The notes beneath the pieces were generated by a model that ran no database searches, was not told the origin of the DNA, and saw nothing but the letters and a program-made list of their open reading frames with translations. The position numbers and the translations under genes were made by a program. From Ostreococcus lucimarinus (lineage: Eukaryota): a DNA stretch of 64,000 nucleotides. The stretch lies in NCBI GenBank assembly GCA_000092065.1, contig CP000583.1; one strand, 5' to 3'. Below, one piece after another: positions 10,080 through 21,679 of this stretch. Every line of letters starts with the position of its first letter. The first letter of the stretch is position 1.

Positions 10080-11126
10080 ATGGGCGCGAAAGATGACGAT
10101 AAGACGCGGTTCATGGCGGTGTTCAGGGAACTCGCGGATGGGTTGGTGCGGGACGAGATCGACGATCGGCAGGTGAAGATCGCGGTGGAGTGGATAAAGC
10201 GGATGATTGATTACAACGTGCCGCACGGGAAGTTGAACCGCGGACTCGCGGTCGTGGACGGCGTGCGAGCGCTGAAGGCGGCGAAGAATGAAACGGTCGA
10301 CGAAGAGGAGCTGAAACGGGCGATGGTGGTTGGATGGTGCATCGAGTTTTTGCAGGCGTACTTCTTGGTTGCGGACGACATCATGGACGAGAGCGTGACG
10401 AGAAGAGGGCAGCCGTGCTGGTACAGGCAGCCGGACGTGAAGATGACGGCGATTAATGACGGTATCTTATTGGAGATGATGCTGTATAAGTGCTTGAAGA
10501 AGTACTGCAAGGGATTGGAGTGTTACGCGGATCTCGTGGAGCTGTTCCACGACGTGACGTACCAAACGGCGAGCGGGCAGTTGATTGATTTAATCACCGC
10601 CCCGATCGGGGTTGTGGATCTCAGTAAGTACACCATGGAGGCGTACATGCGCATTGTGACGTATAAGACGGCTTTCTACACCTTTTACCTTCCGGCGGCG
10701 TGCGCCATGCGATTGTGCGGCGTCAAGGATGAGGCGGCGTACGAAAAGGCGAATGAAATTTGCATCAAGCTCGGGCAGTTTTTCCAAATCCAAGACGATT
10801 ATTTAGACTGCTACGGTGATCCCGAGGTCATTGGTAAGATCGGGACAGATATTCAAGACAACAAGTGCGGCTGGCTCGTCGTTCAAGCGTTGCTCAAGTG
10901 CACCGACGAACAGCGCAAAATCATCGAGGAAAACTACGGAAGAGCCGACGCAGAGTGCGAAAAGAAAATTAAGGCGCTCTACGTGGATCTCGACTTAGAG
11001 GCGACGTACAAAAAGTACGAGGAAGAGTCCTACGCCGACCTTCGATCGATCATGGAGTCGCAGAAGGTTTTGCCGGAGGGTTTGTTTGGCGCGATGTTGG
11101 CGAAAATTTACAAGCGTCAAAAGTAG
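10080..11126 (+). CDS. FPPS: Farnesyl diphosphate synthase.
   Basis: FLVADDIMDESVTRRGQPCWY (first Asp-rich motif) and FQIQDDYLDCYGDPEVIGKIGTDIQDNKC (second motif) are present, the length is 348 aa, and the protein ends KIYKRQK as FPPS does. The track start at 10062 is GTG; the first ATG is at 10080. Confidence 0.9.
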   Translation: MGAKDDDKTRFMAVFRELADGLVRDEIDDRQVKIAVEWIKRMIDYNVPHGKLNRGLAVVDGVRALKAAKNETVDEEELKRAMVVGWCIEFLQAYFLVADDIMDESVTRRGQPCWYRQPDVKMTAINDGILLEMMLYKCLKKYCKGLECYADLVELFHDVTYQTASGQLIDLITAPIGVVDLSKYTMEAYMRIVTYKTAFYTFYLPAACAMRLCGVKDEAAYEKANEICIKLGQFFQIQDDYLDCYGDPEVIGKIGTDIQDNKCGWLVVQALLKCTDEQRKIIEENYGRADAECEKKIKALYVDLDLEATYKKYEEESYADLRSIMESQKVLPEGLFGAMLAKIYKRQK

Positions 11127-11173
11127 GAGTCGATTTTTTATTAATATCACATTGAAGGGGAACTCAGCGCACA

Positions 11174-12538
11174 CTAGTAATGGTCGATCGACATTGCGGA
11201 TGGCGGGGTACTAAGCATGCTAGAACCACCCGGAGAAGCCTGCATCGCGACCGCGCGCTCGCGACGTTGTCCCTTATTGTTCATGTCCTCCATCGCTTCG
11301 AACAGCTCGTTGTGATATTCCACCACGGTGTCGCGCAGTTCTTCGTACGTGCGCATGAGCCCATCCATATCGCGATTGTGCTCGTCCGTCAACTTCTTCA
11401 TCGCAGCCTCGAGCTCGGCGATTTCCTTTTGATTTTCCAACTCCTTTTGGCGCTGGTGACCAGCTCTCGCTGTTCTCGCGGCGAGCTCCTCCTGCGCTGC
11501 TCGCAGCGCAGCCTCCGCGGCGTCTTTCTTGAGCTTACCTTGGGACTCCATGCGAGCCATTTTTTCTTCCATGGCTTGTTTTTGACGTTGTAACTGCTCC
11601 ATCTTCGCGTCCAACTTCCACGTCTCCTCCTCGGCGGTGGAGACTTCTGCTTCGAGCGCCTTGAGTTTCGCCTTTTGTTCTTCGCCTTCTTTTCTGCTCT
11701 GTTCGATCCCTTTCATGACTTCAATCGTCTCGCGCATCTCCCTTTCCATGCTTTGCAAATAGTTGAATTGCTCCTGCAACTGCGCCTCTTCCCGCTGCCT
11801 CTCCGCCGCAAGTTGCTGCTCGGCACCCTCCTGATTCGCCCTGGCCGCTTTCTCGATTTCAAACTGCTCCTTCAGCCGGTTTTCCTCCTCTATCAACGCT
11901 TGAAGCTCGTTTTCAGACGCCAAAGCGCGCGCTTCTATCTCGCTCGCCTCCAAACTCGCGGCTTCGACCTCGAGTTCAAGCTGCGCCACCTCTCGCGCCA
12001 GGGCGTCTGGGTCGTTCTCGTTCACGAACGCCTCCGCCTCCGCAATCTCCGCCTTCAATCGCTCATTCTCCGCTAATGCCTCCAAATACTTTCTTTCTTC
12101 TTCATCCTTCTCCGCCAGCGCCTCTTCGTACTCGATCAATCGCTCTTCGCGAAATTTCGCAAAGTTGATAATCGCGCTCAAATTCCTCCGCGTGCGCCCG
12201 TACTCGGGCTTAAACACATCCTTCAACGAGAAATCCTCGAGCCCCGCCCCGCGCGCTAAATCTTGCATCGCCCTTATGAACGCCAAATTCGGAATCGCCT
12301 CATCATACAGTTCCGGGTAATCCAACTTCGCGTACGCCTCCTCGTCGATCGCCCCCAGCTCCGCCATCGTCGTCCCAAAGAAAATCTCAATCAGCGTCTC
12401 ATACGCCGGTCTCAGTCCATCGTGCGTCGGTTTCAGCAGATCCGTCTCGCTCAGCGGCACGTCCAGTTCGCGCAGGCACGCGAGAATCTCCGTGTTGCTC
12501 AGGATCGGGAACGAATACGTCGTCTGCGCGTGCGCCAT
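11174..12538 (-). CDS. NUF2: Kinetochore protein Nuf2 (NDC80 complex).
   Basis: The N-terminal Nuf2/CH-like domain (YSFPILSNTEILACLRELDVPLSETDLLKPT...IPNLAFIRAMQ) is followed by a long coiled coil. ATG verified at 12538. Confidence 0.65.
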   Translation of the reverse strand: MAHAQTTYSFPILSNTEILACLRELDVPLSETDLLKPTHDGLRPAYETLIEIFFGTTMAELGAIDEEAYAKLDYPELYDEAIPNLAFIRAMQDLARGAGLEDFSLKDVFKPEYGRTRRNLSAIINFAKFREERLIEYEEALAEKDEEERKYLEALAENERLKAEIAEAEAFVNENDPDALAREVAQLELEVEAASLEASEIEARALASENELQALIEEENRLKEQFEIEKAARANQEGAEQQLAAERQREEAQLQEQFNYLQSMEREMRETIEVMKGIEQSRKEGEEQKAKLKALEAEVSTAEEETWKLDAKMEQLQRQKQAMEEKMARMESQGKLKKDAAEAALRAAQEELAARTARAGHQRQKELENQKEIAELEAAMKKLTDEHNRDMDGLMRTYEELRDTVVEYHNELFEAMEDMNNKGQRRERAVAMQASPGGSSMLSTPPSAMSIDHY

Positions 12539-12755
12539 GGCGCTTCGAGTTCAAACGTTCAAACGCGATCGTTCGTTCGTTCGTTCGCGTTTCGCGCGCG
12601 TCGTCGCGTCTCTCTCGCGTCGACGCGGACTCGCGGACTCGACGCTCGAATCGCGCGTCGCGCGTCGCGTCGTCGCGCGTCGCGGTCGCCGCGTCGTCGT
12701 GTGCGGTGCGACGGTTGGCGCGCGGGCGCCATCGGGCGACGCGCGACCGCGCGCG

Positions 12756-13856
12756 ATGTCCGTCGAAGACGCCGACGCGCGCGCCGACGACGATGCGAAC
12801 GTCGCGTCGATGGGCGACGCGAGCGCGGCGGCGACGAGGAAAACGCCGCTGAACGCGGAGCAAAAGCGCGCGCTCGTGGACCAGCTCGAATTTTACTTTG
12901 GCGACGCCAACGTCGTGACGGACGCGCATCTGCGAGGGATGATGGACTCGAACGACGATGGGTGGGTGTCGCTCGCGGAGGTGTGCGCGTTTAATCGCAT
13001 GCGGGCGAAGCTGAAGAAACGTCGGTGGGAGGACGTCGCGGCGAACGCCGTTCGCGAGCTCGGGTCCAGCGTCGTCGAAGTATCCGAAGACGGCTGTAGC
13101 ATAAGAAGATTGGAGCCGGTGCCGGATTTCGACGTGGAGGAGATACAGTCTAGGACGGTGGTTGTGGAGAACGCGCGGGAGTTTACGGTGGCGGCGTTGA
13201 GAGCGGAATTCGAGACGTGCGGGGAGGTGCTAAACGTGCGCGTGCGGCAGCCGGGCGGGAAGAAGTGCGACGTGGAAAAGCCGCGCGGGTTAGATTTAAT
13301 CGTGGCGAATTCGAATTCGAATCGCGCGCACGCGTTGGTTGAGTTTAGTTGCATCGCCGAAGCGCAAGGGGCAGTGACGAGGTTGGACAATCCTACCGAC
13401 TGGCGAAATGGTATGCGCGTGCGCGTGTTGCTCAAGCCGGGCCAGAAGAAAAAAGCGAAAAAAGTTCAGAAGGACCCCCCCGCGGCGCTCGAGGATGGCG
13501 GTGACGGAGAGAAAGCAGATGGTGAGGGCGATGAGGGTGATGGAGAGAAAGCGGAGGGCGAGGCCACAACGAAAAAGTCCAAGAAGAAGAAGAAATCCAA
13601 GCCTGATTATTCCAAATGGGCCTCCGCCGCCGCTTTCCGCGAGAACAAGATGACGATCACCAGCCTCGGCGGCGATGACGAAGCGACGGATGGTAACTCG
13701 GGAGAATCACTCGAGGACGCGCTTCCCAAAAAGTTGGTTTTGACGCCGCGAAGTCCAACCATGCCAGACGGCTCGCCAGGCTTCACACGAAAGCGAACGG
13801 TCACTCCAACGATAGACATCGCCAAAGAAGCCCACGATAATGGCGGCGGTGAATAG
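12756..13856 (+). CDS. La-related protein (La motif plus RRM, Lys-rich C-terminal region).
   Basis: La motif LEFYFGDANVVTDAHLRGMMDSNDDGWVSLAEVCAFNRMRAKLKK, then an RRM-like VVVENAREFTVAALRAEFETCGEVLNVRV. ATG verified at 12756. Divergent from NUF2, with a 218-bp spacer. Confidence 0.65.
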   Translation: MSVEDADARADDDANVASMGDASAAATRKTPLNAEQKRALVDQLEFYFGDANVVTDAHLRGMMDSNDDGWVSLAEVCAFNRMRAKLKKRRWEDVAANAVRELGSSVVEVSEDGCSIRRLEPVPDFDVEEIQSRTVVVENAREFTVAALRAEFETCGEVLNVRVRQPGGKKCDVEKPRGLDLIVANSNSNRAHALVEFSCIAEAQGAVTRLDNPTDWRNGMRVRVLLKPGQKKKAKKVQKDPPAALEDGGDGEKADGEGDEGDGEKAEGEATTKKSKKKKKSKPDYSKWASAAAFRENKMTITSLGGDDEATDGNSGESLEDALPKKLVLTPRSPTMPDGSPGFTRKRTVTPTIDIAKEAHDNGGGE

Positions 13857-13906
13857 ATTCGATGCTATAATATTCGACATAGGTTTACAAGGCGGTAAAT
13901 TAACAC

Positions 13907-14944
13907 TTAGCCGACGTTAGCGTCAGTGAGTGAAGCGCACGTGCACTGACCCGCGCTCGTCAGCATCGGTAGCCCGTTCCAATTCGCTCCTTTCGTCGCA
14001 TCCGTCTTCAAATCTTTTTGAACACCCTCCCATATCTTCTTTTTCGCAACTTTATTGACGCCGTGCGGCTCGATATTCTCCGCGCCATCCCATGTGATGC
14101 GTTCGCCTGGCACGGCGCCTTCCGGAGCGCAGAGCAACTCAACATTTTCGTGCGCTGCATCGGATGCGGCTAAGAGCATACCGTTCGACTTCATCCCAGC
14201 CATATTACGTGGCTTTAAGTTCGCCACGACGATGACGAGTTTGCCTAAAACGTCGTCTTTGCTCATGTATGGCGCTAAACCAGAGCAAATGAGACGCGGT
14301 TCGTCCTCTCCGCACTCGACCATCTCAACGTATAGTTTCTCACTCTCGGGATGATTTTCTACGCTCAACACCTTACCAACCTTAAGTTCCATTCCGAGCA
14401 ACTCCTCATTCGGCGTCACAGCGGACGACGCCGATGCAGTCGTCGTCGTCGACGGTTCGTCGACGCTCGTCGCTCCTGGTCCAAAATCTGTCCCGACGCT
14501 TCCGCCCACCGCCGGTACCTTGATGAATTTCCCGTCCCAGTGCGCGCTCTCTTTCATCATCCTCTCAACGTCTTCAAAATACTCCGGTTCGTCGTCTCGC
14601 ATCCAGTCATCCGCCATGAGCCCCTCCCGTCCCGGCGCCTCGTACTCTTCCGCGTTCGACAAGTCAATCTCTCTCAACTTTCCGAACCATTTCACGATCT
14701 CGTGCACCTTGGGCGTCCAGTCTTCGATTTCCTCGTCCGTGATGTCGATTGCCGCCATCTTCGCCAGCTCGCGCAGGTCTGGGAGCGGCGGGAGCGGCGG
14801 GAGATCGCTCTCTGGGACCCTCTTGACGGACGCGTGAGAACCCTGGAGCGGGGTTGAGTTGGGGTCGAACGCGCGCGCGCGGGACGAACGACGCGTGGCG
14901 CGCGCGCGAAGCGGAGCAAGAAGCAGTTCTGCACGCGCTAACAT
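13907..14944 (-). CDS. Fusion protein: a GatC-like (Glu-tRNA(Gln) amidotransferase C subunit) N-terminal domain joined to a C-terminal EMAPII/Arc1p/Trbp111-type tRNA-binding domain (OB fold).
   Basis: N-terminal LRELAKMAAIDITDEEIEDWTPKVHEIVKWFGKLREIDLSNAE...MRDDEP...APxHWDGKFIKVP follows the GatC pattern. C-terminal ELKVGKVLSVENHPESEKLYVEMVECGEDEPRLICSGLAPYM...LVIVVANLKPRNMAGMKSNGMLLAA is the Myf/EMAPII tRNA-binding domain. The track start is TTG; first ATG near 14944 (MLARAELLL...). Confidence 0.6.
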   Translation of the reverse strand: MLARAELLLAPLRARATRRSSRARAFDPNSTPLQGSHASVKRVPESDLPPLPPLPDLRELAKMAAIDITDEEIEDWTPKVHEIVKWFGKLREIDLSNAEEYEAPGREGLMADDWMRDDEPEYFEDVERMMKESAHWDGKFIKVPAVGGSVGTDFGPGATSVDEPSTTTTASASSAVTPNEELLGMELKVGKVLSVENHPESEKLYVEMVECGEDEPRLICSGLAPYMSKDDVLGKLVIVVANLKPRNMAGMKSNGMLLAASDAAHENVELLCAPEGAVPGERITWDGAENIEPHGVNKVAKKKIWEGVQKDLKTDATKGANWNGLPMLTSAGQCTCASLTDANVG

Positions 14945-15160
14945 CGCAGCTAGTCGACGAAGCGTCAAAGCGAGGCGCGATGTGCGGCGCGTGAGTGTTT
15001 GTTACCTGCAGGTTTAGACGACGGGACGAACGACGCGCGAGTCAACGACATTTCGCGTCGTGCGAGCGACGTGCGAGCGATTAGACCGTGGCGAGCCGAT
15101 GTGTGAGCGTCATAAATCGTTCGAGAGGCGATAGGTATAATCTGAGACGGTGGTGTTATC

Positions 15161-15338
15161 ATGGTGCGAATCACGCTGGAGCTTTTGCGGCGGCGCGCCG
15201 AACACAACGACGGCGCGCTGTTCACGCTCGAGGAAGTGGCGCTGCATCAGCAAGGCATAGAGCGGTTAGAGGTGCTTCAAGAAGCGTGTCCGAAGCTGAA
15301 AATTGTGTTGCTCCACGATAACTTGATCCCAAAGATAG
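15161..15338 (+). CDS. LRRC6: LRRC6/TilB/DNAAF11 (axonemal dynein assembly factor), exon 1.
   Basis: [59 protein letters not shown] closely matches the LRRC6 N-terminus. The exon ends at AG|GTGCGG, and ATG was verified at 15161. Confidence 0.8.
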
Positions 15339-15405
15339 GTGCGGCGTTCTGGCGCTCGCGTGGTGCGCGCTTGTTGACTGACAGCGAGACGCCACGCTCT
15401 CATAG

Positions 15406-16322
15406 AAAACGTGCGCAAACTCAAGGCGATGGAGTACTTGAACCTGGCGATGAATAATGTGACGACCATAGAAAACTTGGAGAAATGCGAGTCGCTGGTC
15501 AAGCTTGATCTCACCATGAATTTCATCACGCTCAAAGGGTTGCTGAAACTGGACCGACTCGCGGTCAACCATAGTTTAAGGCAGCTGTTCTTGATGGGGA
15601 ATCCGTGCGCGGATTTCGAAGGATATCGCTCGTTTGTCATCGGAACGTTGCCGCAGCTCACCCACGTCGATGGCACGGACGTCACACACGTAGAGCGAAT
15701 AATCGCAAGGCAGCACTTGCGGCGCATCACTGAAGATTTGGAGAAGGCCGCTGCCGCCGAGACGGCGACGACGGTCAGCGTGGACGAAATCGCGTCAATA
15801 GAACCCGACGCACGTCCGTGGTGCGCGGCGACTCGCATTCTCGATAATGAAGTCAAAATGACCACATCGTCCTCAATGAAACAGCCGCAAAATCATTTCG
15901 ACGACGCCCGTGATGCATTCGATGTACTTCCAGACGACATCGCCGACGTCAAGCAGAAGAATCAAGGCGATTTCGATTTCAAGCTCACCGATTCTGAGGA
16001 TGAAACTTCGATAGAACTCGAGATTAAAGTCGGTACCATCATCGACACCTCACTCATCCACGTCGATATTCATCCAAAGTTGGTGCGCGTGAAAATCAAA
16101 GGCGAGTTGTTGCAGCTGAAGCTCTCGCACGAAGTGGCCACAGACGCGAGCGTCGCCGAACGCTCAAAAGCGACGGGCAAGCTTCTGATCACAATGCCTA
16201 AACTAAACTGGCATTTGAAACCTAAATCAGTCGTAAGGGGAGACCCAAAAATCCGAGATCATCACGCAAGAGTGACCTACCACCGCGCGGAGAACGACGA
16301 ACCGCCCGATGTGATTTGCTAA
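15406..16322 (+). CDS. LRRC6: LRRC6/TilB/DNAAF11, exon 2 (LRR repeats, LRRcap, CS/p23-like domain).
   Basis: Removing the 67-nt intron 15339-15405 (GTGCGG...TTGACTGAC...CTCATAG) gives ...[47 protein letters not shown]...LFLMGNPC, an uninterrupted LRRC6-type LRR array. The separate track ORF at 15411 starts at GTG and is in a different frame from exon 1. Confidence 0.8.
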
Positions 16323-16338
16323 GCGATTCGCCGGCGCG

Positions 16339-17052
16339 TCATTTGGGTAAATCTCGGAGTGGCGCGCGGCGCACTCGCGGTTCGTTGAATGATCTATCCA
16401 CGCCTTCGTGCGTGTGCTCAAACCTTCCTAGTGGGATGATCGTCTTGCCGTACTGTTCATTTATCAGCTCACCGGCGCCGGCGTAAAACGCTATGATGGA
16501 GACGCCCACGCCGAACAACGACGCGACGAGTTTAAGAGCAGAGCTTCCCGAATCCTTCGCCCCACCGAGCAGGAAAAACAGTGCCGCGAGGGTGAAAAAC
16601 AGCGAACTTATCGCAACGTTCGTGTTCAACGACGCACAGAAGAGCACAAGAGTGAGAAATCCCCACATGAACAACATGGCTTCTTCGGCGACTTTATCGC
16701 GAGGGATGACGGCTTCATACGCCAACACTTCGTACGTCCCGTATGAAAGCCAAAATCCGCCGTACGACGCGAACGCCACGGCGCTGAAACTTTGTCCTCG
16801 AAGTGCAGAAAGGATACCCGCGAGAAGTTGGACTAAGCCACCGAATCCAAAGGCGAACCCGATGGTCACGCCCACGGCGCCGTCGTCCGAGGCGCCCACG
16901 CGAAGCTCCTTCACACTCAGCATAGCTGTCGTCAATGCGAACGCCCACAGACCGAGCGTGCCGACGTTAGCGATCGGTGGTTTCATCGTCATCGTTTGCA
17001 TCCTCTCAAGAGCATCTAGGCGTTTTTCGATGTTTCTGACGTTAGCGTCCAT
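16339..17052 (-). CDS. GPR1/FUN34/YaaH-family acetate channel/transporter (AceTr).
   Basis: NPxxxGLxxFxxTT signature (IANVGTLGLWAFALTTAML) and six TM segments in 237 aa. ATG verified at 17052. Confidence 0.8.
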   Translation of the reverse strand: MDANVRNIEKRLDALERMQTMTMKPPIANVGTLGLWAFALTTAMLSVKELRVGASDDGAVGVTIGFAFGFGGLVQLLAGILSALRGQSFSAVAFASYGGFWLSYGTYEVLAYEAVIPRDKVAEEAMLFMWGFLTLVLFCASLNTNVAISSLFFTLAALFFLLGGAKDSGSSALKLVASLFGVGVSIIAFYAGAGELINEQYGKTIIPLGRFEHTHEGVDRSFNEPRVRRAPLRDLPK

Positions 17053-17127
17053 GATGGACCTGCGAGTCTGCGTGTGAAGGAGAAGTATCGTAGTCGCAAC
17101 GACGACGCTGGTTTTACAATCATCTAT

Positions 17128-18111
17128 CTACTCTGGATCCGGGAGTTCCGCTAGCAAGCTCAAGAGCATGGATCGCTCAGATTGAAACGACTCGTCTTCG
17201 CGCGTGGTTTGGAAATCTTCGAGGTAGGTGATGAGCTTGGCTTTGTTCTTGGACAAAATCATCGCCACCGACGCGGGTTTGTCGGGATTTGCGACAAACA
17301 CCTTGAAGATGTGAAACGCTTCAAACTGAATCGATTTCGATTCATCTCGCATCAAATTCATCATTAAGCACAGGTTTTCAACTTCCGCGACGTATTTCAG
17401 CATCACGGTCACGTTCGCGCTGTCGAGCAAGAGTTCGCCGAGCAGTTTGAGCGCCTGTCGGCGAGTGACGTAGTTACCCTTTTCCAAAAGATCCGTGTAC
17501 GCCTTGACGAACCTCTCGTAATTCGCGTTCAAGAACTCCGCCGCCACGTCTTTATGTCTCGTCAACGCCTCTCGAAACGTCGCCATCGCATCGCTCGCGA
17601 TTTCAAACGTTTCCAACTGCATGTACTCGAACATTTTCCAAAAGTTTTCCCCGTACAAAATCTTTCGCACCAGCGTCTCGTTCCTACACATATCCCTCAG
17701 CATCGCCCCGAACGTCAACGCCACGTCCGAGTTTTCGTACCCTCGCGCGATCGCCTCCAAAACCTCCGGGTTCTCGCTCAGATCCTCCACCACGACGTCG
17801 TGTCCCCGCACCGACGTGCGCACGATGCAATTAAAAACCGTCGCCGCGTCCTTCCTCGTCTCGAACGGCAGATGCGGCAGGTGCGAGACGATCTGCGCCA
17901 CCAGTCCGCACGCATTCGCCTTCACCACGAGCGTCTCGCACGCTTGCTGCGCCGACGCATCGCCGCTCAGCAACAGCGCTCGCATCTCTCCAAAGTACTT
18001 GCTCACGCTCTCCACATCCTTGGCGCTCGTGCGATCGACGCGCAGGCGCTCGAGGGCGGCGTGCGACTTCGTGACGAGCTCTTCGGGCGTGCGGACCTTT
18101 TTGCCGAACAT
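17128..18111 (-). CDS. CAB39: Mo25/CAB39 (calcium-binding protein 39, STRAD/LKB1 scaffold).
   Basis: MFGKKVRTPEELVTKSHAALERL...LVAQIVSHLPHLPFETRKD...YENSDVALTFGAMLRDMCRNE... matches Mo25 along the full 327 aa. ATG verified. Confidence 0.85.
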   Translation of the reverse strand: MFGKKVRTPEELVTKSHAALERLRVDRTSAKDVESVSKYFGEMRALLLSGDASAQQACETLVVKANACGLVAQIVSHLPHLPFETRKDAATVFNCIVRTSVRGHDVVVEDLSENPEVLEAIARGYENSDVALTFGAMLRDMCRNETLVRKILYGENFWKMFEYMQLETFEIASDAMATFREALTRHKDVAAEFLNANYERFVKAYTDLLEKGNYVTRRQALKLLGELLLDSANVTVMLKYVAEVENLCLMMNLMRDESKSIQFEAFHIFKVFVANPDKPASVAMILSKNKAKLITYLEDFQTTREDESFQSERSMLLSLLAELPDPE

Positions 18112-18197
18112 CGCGACGCGCGCGCGACGCGCGAAGCTCTGTGCGGGCGACGCGTGTCCTCGGCACCCGCAGGCGCGTCACAATCAGCCGCGGTACC

Positions 18198-18767
18198 ATG
18201 CGACCGAGTCTGTTGACGTCCGATCGCGCCCAACACAGCGCCGCGCGCCTATCCCGCGCCCGCGACGCCGTCGCGCGCCAGCGCGCGGCGTTCCAGAGGT
18301 TTCAAACGACGCGCGGAAGCGATGGATTCGCATCGACGTCGTCGCGCGAATCGCCCGCGTGTAGCGCCGTGCGCGAATCCACGCGCACGCGCGCGACGCC
18401 GAAAGACACCAACGTGTTCATCGAATCGTTCTTCGACCTCGCGGACACCGTCGCTGGCGGACGCGAAGGCCCCGGGTTCTCCAAGCTCGCCGAGCGCATC
18501 GGCGACGACGTCTACGTCCAAGTCAACGCGTGGCGACTCTACACGCGCGACATGAAATTCCACGACGGCTTGGCCAAGGTATTCGCGGTGAAAATCGCAC
18601 AAAACAGCAATAAAATCGACGACGCGGTGATCGACGAAGTCTTAGGCGTCGTTCGCGTGCCTTTGGGGGGCGGGAAATCCGACGTCCCGCTCGGCGATTT
18701 GTGCCCGTCGCCGAGCGTGAACAATTTGAAGAACATCTTGCGCGATTACGTGGACGATCGTCTGTGA
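18198..18767 (+). CDS. Conserved hypothetical protein with an Arg/Ser/Thr/Ala-rich N-terminus that could be an organellar presequence.
   Basis: Complexity-normal C-terminal domain (VFIESFFDLADTVAGG...YVQVNAWRLYTRDMKFHDGLAKVFAVKIAQ...). The track start is GTG; first ATG at 18198. Confidence 0.45.
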   Translation: MRPSLLTSDRAQHSAARLSRARDAVARQRAAFQRFQTTRGSDGFASTSSRESPACSAVRESTRTRATPKDTNVFIESFFDLADTVAGGREGPGFSKLAERIGDDVYVQVNAWRLYTRDMKFHDGLAKVFAVKIAQNSNKIDDAVIDEVLGVVRVPLGGGKSDVPLGDLCPSPSVNNLKNILRDYVDDRL

Positions 18768-18927
18768 TGCCGACGCGCATTTTCCGACGGCTTCATCCGT
18801 CCGTCCGCGCGTTCGTTCGTTCGAGCGCGCGCTCTTTAGTTATCATCAATAGACAGCCAACCTGCAGCTAATCCGCCGACCGCCCCCGCGCTCTATCTGA
18901 TCCACTTCCCGAGTCCCTTTTTTCTGA

Positions 18928-20739
<1,812 letters not shown>

Positions 20740-20878
20740 ACATCTTTCCCGTCTCTTATCGTTGCGATCGTAGGGTGACTTCTAGAGTCCTGGATTAATC
20801 TCATTTATCAACTGTCTGATATCCAAAGCCGCCTCGCCGCGCCGCCGCGCCCGCAGACCTCGACGCCCGCGAGCGGCC

Positions 20879-21679
20879 ATGAGCGACGCCGAGCGTCGCG
20901 CGGACGAAAGAGACGCGTTGAAAGCCATCCTCGGCGTCGACGCCGTCGAATACACCTCCGCGTCGACGATGCGCGTGCGCATAAAAGACGAAGCGTTTTG
21001 GTGCGACGCGTCGTTGCGAACGCCCGACGACTACCCGAGCTCGAGCGCGCTGGACGTGCACGCGGTCGTGAGCGACGCGTTGAATCGTGAGCACGAAGCG
21101 GCGATCGTCGCGCGCGCGAGAGAGGTGGCGCGCGCGAGCGTGGGCGAGGAAAGCGCGTACGCCGTCGTCGCCGAGTTGGAGCAAAGTTTCAAGGAAGTCT
21201 TGGCGGAGGCGCGGGCGGCACGCGAGAGCGCGCGGACGACGACGACGGTCGAGGAGGACTATCACGCCGTCGTGCGCATCGATCACATGAACGATTCGGT
21301 TGGATATGTGAAATTGCTCAAGAAATGGTGCGAAGGGGAAGGCTTGGGCGCGCGCGCGCTTCACAAGCCGGCGACGGCGTCGGGTCGGATCGAGGGCGTG
21401 TTCGTCGCGTTATCCGGCCCGAATGACGGCATCAAATCGTTTTTGCAACGACTGCGCACCGAGCTCGTGGACGTGGATTCGAAGGGCGTCCGGTGTCGCG
21501 AACGCAAAGCGACGACTTTGTGTCACCGCAAGCGCAGCACGGTGAAACCTGGCGAGCGCGCCGTGGAATCGTTCCATGGATTCGAGTTGATTCCGTACGA
21601 CACGGAGGGACAGCTCGAGGACGCGCTCGCGAAGCTCAACCTCTTGCACGTCGGCGACGGCGCGAGCCGATTCGCTTAG
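20879..21679 (+). CDS. RWD-domain protein (RWDD2/3-like; RWD N-terminal domain plus a conserved C-terminal domain).
   Basis: The N-terminal ALKAILGVDAVEY...WCDASLRTPDDYPSS region resembles an RWD fold, and the C-terminal VVRIDHMNDSVGYVKLLKKW is typical of RWDD2-type proteins. ATG verified at 20879. Confidence 0.5.
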   Translation: MSDAERRADERDALKAILGVDAVEYTSASTMRVRIKDEAFWCDASLRTPDDYPSSSALDVHAVVSDALNREHEAAIVARAREVARASVGEESAYAVVAELEQSFKEVLAEARAARESARTTTTVEEDYHAVVRIDHMNDSVGYVKLLKKWCEGEGLGARALHKPATASGRIEGVFVALSGPNDGIKSFLQRLRTELVDVDSKGVRCRERKATTLCHRKRSTVKPGERAVESFHGFELIPYDTEGQLEDALAKLNLLHVGDGASRFA

